Origin: Marinilabilia sp.
GTDB lineage: Bacteria; Bacteroidota; Bacteroidia; Bacteroidales; Marinilabiliaceae
Assembly: GCA_046483585.1 (NCBI GenBank)
Contig: JAWOCV010000117.1
Location: 17,686 to 81,685 of the forward strand
Length of the DNA stretch: 64,000 nt
Reading direction: 5' to 3'
Of the stretch, positions 60,901-64,000 are shown one piece after another (position 1 is the first letter of the stretch; each line of letters starts with the position of its first letter). Under the pieces are notes generated by a model. That model saw nothing but the letters and a program-made list of their open reading frames with translations, had not been told where the DNA came from and searched no databases. The translations under genes were made by a program, and so were the position numbers.

Positions 60901-61201
60901 ATAGCTGAATGCCGCAATTAAGGGCCGTTTGTCCCCCAAATGCCAGAAGTATTCCCTCTGGTTTTTCTTTTTTGACGACCTGCTCCACAAAATAGGGGGT
61001 GACGGGTAAAAAATAAATCTTGTCAGCTATTTTTTCGGAGGTCTGTACGGTGGCGATATTGGGATTGATCAGAACCGTTTCAATGCCTTCCTCTTTCAGG
61101 GCCTTAAGGGCCTGCGACCCGGAGTAGTCAAATTCGCCTGCTTCACCTATTTTCAGGGCCCCCGAACCCAGAATGACCGCTTTTTTGATGTCCTTTTTCA
61201 T
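57977..61201 (-). CDS. carB: Carbamoyl-phosphate synthase large subunit
   Basis: LGSGALKIGEAGEFDYSG, duplicated ATP-grasp, GIHTGES, GVHSGDA and MGS-like C-terminus. TACCTTTG -7 box at 61251-61258 (-). Confidence 0.98.
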   Translation of the reverse strand: MKKDIKKAVILGSGALKIGEAGEFDYSGSQALKALKEEGIETVLINPNIATVQTSEKIADKIYFLPVTPYFVEQVVKKEKPEGILLAFGGQTALNCGIQLFEQGILEKYNLEVLGTPIQAIIDTEDREIFAGKLGEIDVKTPKSVAVTSVKDAVKAAGKMGYPVIIRAAYTLGGMGSGFCSNEEELIKRADNALSYSKQLLIEESLKGWKEVEYEVVRDAYDNCITVCNMENFDPLGIHTGESIVVAPSQTLTNTEYHKLRELAIKIIRHIGVVGECNVQYTLDPYSEDYRVIEVNARLSRSSALASKATGYPLAFVAAKLGLGYGLFELKNSVTKTTPAFFEPALDYIVCKIPRWDLNKFTGVSKQIGSSMKSVGEIMAIGRSFEEAIQKGLRMVGQGMHGFVANQALKEIVLETELAEPTDQRIFAISEALQNGTTVDEVHELTKIDKWFLEKLKNIIDLKNELTEYKTIGEVPDELLRSAKQMGYSDFQVARIISDPNDADMEEALMKVRQHRKERGILPVVKQIDTMAGEFPAKINYLYMTYNGEYHDVTFENDGNSVVVLGSGAYRIGSSVEFDWCSVNAIDTINQQNYRSVMINYNPETVSTDYDVCDRLFFDELTLERVLDVTDLENPKGVIVSVGGQIPNNLAMRLHKTHVPILGTSPENIDRAENRQKFSSLLDTLNVDQPRWSELTSTEEIYKFIDEVGYPVLVRPSYVLSGAAMNIVSNEEELEHFLELAVNVSKQYPVVVSEFIQQAKEIEIDAVAREGEMIAYAISEHIEFAGVHSGDATIVFPPQKLYIETIRRVKRIAREIARALNISGPFNMQLLAKDNDIKVIECNLRASRSFPFVSKVLKVNLIDIATRVMLGLPVEKPEKSIFELDYVGIKAPQFSFSRLLNADPVLGVDMASTGEVGCIGDNYYDAVLQSMLAVGYTIPKKNVLLSSGPLRSKVEMLQSAQMLIEKGYNIYATAGTHKFLKENGIESTWLHWPDEPDQKPNTLDYIRDKKIDLVVNIPKNLSKGELRNGYKIRRNAIDFNIPLITNARLASAFIYAFCKMEISDISIKSWNEYR

Positions 61202-61434
61202 TGATTGATTGTTTTTTAGTGCTTAATGGCTTTAACCTCTGTCCGGGGTGCAAAGGTAAGTTATTCTTTAATATTTTCCATATATATCACTTCTGTTTTT
61301 GTATATTTTTTGAATATTATTTTGTGGTATGTAAAGAAAGACTATGTTTGCAAAACTCACCCGAAGTACTAATTTTAAAGAAGTTTTTCCTTGCTTTGGC
61401 GAAAAATAAAAAATGCAAAAAAGATGAATGTTTT

Positions 61435-61490
61435 TTTGTTATTCGTATTTTTTGAATAATTTTGCAGTTGTAATTGAATAATTATTCCTG
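61435..61490 (+). promoter_or_regulatory. Tandem ARG boxes overlapping a Bacteroidota -33/-7 promoter
   Basis: TGAATAATTTTGCA (61453-61466) and TGAATAATTATTCC (61475-61488) vs ARG-box TGAAT-N4-ATTCA. TTTG at 61435-61438 and TAATTTTG at 61457-61464. Confidence 0.65.
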
Positions 61491-61770
61491 ATTATCGGAA
61501 GGTGGTCTGTGAACTTTAATAATGGACTAAAACATTCCGCTTTGCTGTTTTGATAGCAGAGGGAGTGGTTTTGTTTTTGGATATGAAACGGGCATGATTT
61601 TCAAGTACTTAAAACAATAGATCGGTAGATTTTTATATTTGAGATGAATTGTACAATCCTGAGAACCTGTATTTTAACACAATGGGTTTTTGAAGCGTAA
61701 ATATCTGGTTTTGAAATCCTTGCAAAAGTTTAACGAACTGTTGCAGAAGGCAATGAAAATAAATGATGAT

Positions 61771-61874
61771 GCCTGCTTGTCGGGCTTAATAAAAGACAGC
61801 TCCTGATTTTGAGGAAAATTCTATTGAGATAATAGAATCTTTTCGGGAAAACGACAGGATGGTTCCATCCGACC
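61771..61874 (+). repeat. Module C dispersed repeat copy
   Basis: Shares GCCTGC, TAATAAAA, TCCTGATT(T)TGAGGAAAATTCT, GAAAACG.CAGG and GGTTCCATCCGACC with 31754-31857. Confidence 0.8.
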
Positions 61875-61899
61875 AAATACTTAAGTTAATTATTTACGA

Positions 61900-62379
61900 A
61901 TGAAAATAAAAACGCAAAGGCTGAATGTAATCCGGCAACTGATTGCCGACCATAAGGTGGGAAGTCAGGAAGAACTTCTGAACTTGCTTAATTCTGAGGG
62001 TTTTTCTACGACCCAGGCCACTTTGTCGCGTGATCTGAAGGCTTTGAAAGTGGCCAAGCGACCCGATATTGAAGGTGGATATGCTTATGTTTTGCCAGAA
62101 GATGATGATCAGCGGGATGATGATGAAAATGGTGAGGTGTTTCCGGTGAGTGGACTTGAATCCATCGAATTCTCCGGGAATATGGCGGTCATGAAGACCC
62201 GGCCGGGATTTGCCAACAGCATCGCATCTGTGATTGACAGTCAGGGCCCCTATGAGATCCTGGGGACCATTGCCGGTGATGACACCATCTTACTTATCAG
62301 CAGGGAAGGCGTTTCTCGTCCCGATGTGCTCAATGCTTTATCACTTTTTATGCCGGGACTCAAGAAGAAACTCGTGTAG
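61900..62379 (+). CDS. argR: Arginine repressor
   Basis: SQEELL, TQATLSRDL, KTRPGFA, GTIAGDDT. Confidence 0.96.
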   Translation: MKIKTQRLNVIRQLIADHKVGSQEELLNLLNSEGFSTTQATLSRDLKALKVAKRPDIEGGYAYVLPEDDDQRDDDENGEVFPVSGLESIEFSGNMAVMKTRPGFANSIASVIDSQGPYEILGTIAGDDTILLISREGVSRPDVLNALSLFMPGLKKKLV

Positions 62380-62406
62380 AACCATATCGAAGGATTGTTG
62401 ACATAT

Positions 62407-63120
62407 ATGATACAAAAACCAAATATTACCATACAGGTGGCCTCTAAAGAACATCTGCCCTTCGTGGACATCATACTTCAGACCATTGCGGAAGCAGCCA
62501 AGATCAGAGGTACCGGTATTGCAAAAAGAGATCCGGAATATATTCAGAATAAGATTGTTGAAGGTAAGGCTATAATTGCCCTTAACGGAGAAGATGAGTT
62601 TGCGGGTTTCTGTTATATAGAATCATGGGGGCATGAGAAATTCGTGGCCAACTCGGGCTTGATCGTGGTGGATAAGTTTCGTGGCCGTGGGCTTGCTAAA
62701 GATATTAAAAGGAAAGCTTTTGAGCTTTCACGTAAAAGGTATCCCAACGCTAAGATCTTTGGATTGACCACCGGACTGGCCGTGATGAAGATCAATTCGG
62801 AGCTGGGCTATAAGCCGGTCACCTTTTCGGAACTCACCGATGATGATGAGTTTTGGAAGGGATGTCAGAGTTGTGTGAATTACGATATTCTGATGCGGAC
62901 CAACCGGAAACATTGCCTTTGTACAGGCATGCTTTTCGATCCGGCTAAACAGGCCGATCCCAATCCTTTACCTGAGAGGAAACTGACGGTTTATGGACGG
63001 TGGTTGAAGTTTAAACAATTCGTATTTCTGAAAGGCAATAAAAAGAGTAACGACAAGAAGCAAAAGAAACAGGGCGGACGGAGATCGCTTAAGTCACTTT
63101 TTGCAGCTTTATTTGCCTGA
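62407..63120 (+). CDS. GNAT acetyltransferase, probable Bacteroidota N-acetylglutamate synthase
   Basis: GTGIAKR, GFCYIESW, ANSGLIV, FWKGCQSC; position between argR and argG. Confidence 0.75.
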   Translation: MIQKPNITIQVASKEHLPFVDIILQTIAEAAKIRGTGIAKRDPEYIQNKIVEGKAIIALNGEDEFAGFCYIESWGHEKFVANSGLIVVDKFRGRGLAKDIKRKAFELSRKRYPNAKIFGLTTGLAVMKINSELGYKPVTFSELTDDDEFWKGCQSCVNYDILMRTNRKHCLCTGMLFDPAKQADPNPLPERKLTVYGRWLKFKQFVFLKGNKKSNDKKQKKQGGRRSLKSLFAALFA

Positions 63121-63213
63121 CAGATTCCACTCCGGAACGGGTAATGTATTGGGGAATCTTAACAAATAAACAAACGAGTATAAGCTTATAAGATCAAAAG
63201 ATATTCAAATAAG

Positions 63214-64000
63214 ATGGACAAAAACAAAGTTGTACTGGCATTCAGTGGTGGACTGGACACATCATTCTGTGTGAAATACCTTAAAGAGGAAAAAGGGTTC
63301 GAGGTTTATTCTGCCATAGCCAATACGGGCGGGTTTTCTGATGAGGAACTGGAAAAAGTTGAAAAGAATGCGCGTGACCTGGGCGTAACCGATCATGTGA
63401 CACTGGATGTCACCGGGCTTTATTACCGCAATTGTATTCGTTATATGGTGTATGGTAATGTGTTGAAGAACAATACCTATCCGCTGTCGGTGTCGTCTGA
63501 ACGTATTTTTCAGGCCATGGCAATTGTGGATTATGCCCGTAAAACCGGAGCCGGATACATCGCTCATGGTAGTACAGGAGCCGGAAATGATCAGATTCGC
63601 TTCGATCTTACATTCCAGATACTGGCCCCTGAGATCGGGATCCTGACCCCCATTCGTGATATGACGCTGTCGCGCGACGAGGAAATCGACTACCTCCGGA
63701 AACATGGGGTTGAAAAGGACTGGAGCAAAATGGCCTACTCAGTCAATCAGGGCATTTGGGGAACCAGTGTGGGCGGAAAAGAAACATTGACCACCGATCA
63801 GGCCCTTCCGGAGGAGGCTTATCCCAGCCAGTTGAAGAAAGAGGGGAGTGAAGAGCTGGTTTTCGGATTCAATAAAGGTGAACTGACAACCGTCAATGGC
63901 GAGCATTTTAAGGATCCCGTGGCGGCTATCCGAAAGGTTGAGACCATCGGTTCGGCTTATGCCATCGGGCGTGATATACATGTGGGAGATACCATCATCG
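63214..64000 (+). CDS. argG: Argininosuccinate synthase (3' truncated by window)
   Basis: KVVLAFSGGLDTS, YPLSVSSER, HGSTGAGNDQIRF, SVNQGIWG. Confidence 0.95.
   Translation, partial: MDKNKVVLAFSGGLDTSFCVKYLKEEKGFEVYSAIANTGGFSDEELEKVEKNARDLGVTDHVTLDVTGLYYRNCIRYMVYGNVLKNNTYPLSVSSERIFQAMAIVDYARKTGAGYIAHGSTGAGNDQIRFDLTFQILAPEIGILTPIRDMTLSRDEEIDYLRKHGVEKDWSKMAYSVNQGIWGTSVGGKETLTTDQALPEEAYPSQLKKEGSEELVFGFNKGELTTVNGEHFKDPVAAIRKVETIGSAYAIGRDIHVGDTII

Overview
A mostly housekeeping 64-kb chromosomal segment from a member of the Bacteroidota. TAnnTTTG -7 promoter boxes, T9SS genes and the argR-GNAT-argG layout are seen in the sequence; a Marinilabiliales-like, salt-adapted anaerobe is inferred from the acidic exported proteins and the betaine ABC transporter. 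Recognisable genes are a cold-shock gene, recX, metH, fumC, prfB (with its +1 frameshift), tRNA-His, rpmE2, lon, pyrE, birA, rsfS-ftsH-LUD-cdsA-psd, coaD, a porin-proVWX operon, carB and argR-GNAT-argG. I see no CRISPR array, transposase, integrase or prophage gene. The most interesting signals are: (1) families of non-coding, structured, modular repeats shared between intergenic regions (about 1.0, 7, 20.5, 31.5-32, 36.6 and 61.7 kb), including a ~100-bp element that folds into a perfect four-way junction and occurs twice; (2) a tightly coupled five-gene operon linking a T9SS type-B cargo, PorP/SprF, a PorE-like propeller lacking TPR/OmpA, an unknown exported protein and a propeller/Y_Y_Y sensor fused to a PP2C phosphatase; (3) an ADP-ribosylglycohydrolase homolog that has lost its metal-ligand residues; (4) a porin next to a flavinylation-motif protein; and (5) an orphan DNA methyltransferase directly behind metH. 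All alignments and folds were done by eye; no database searches were run.
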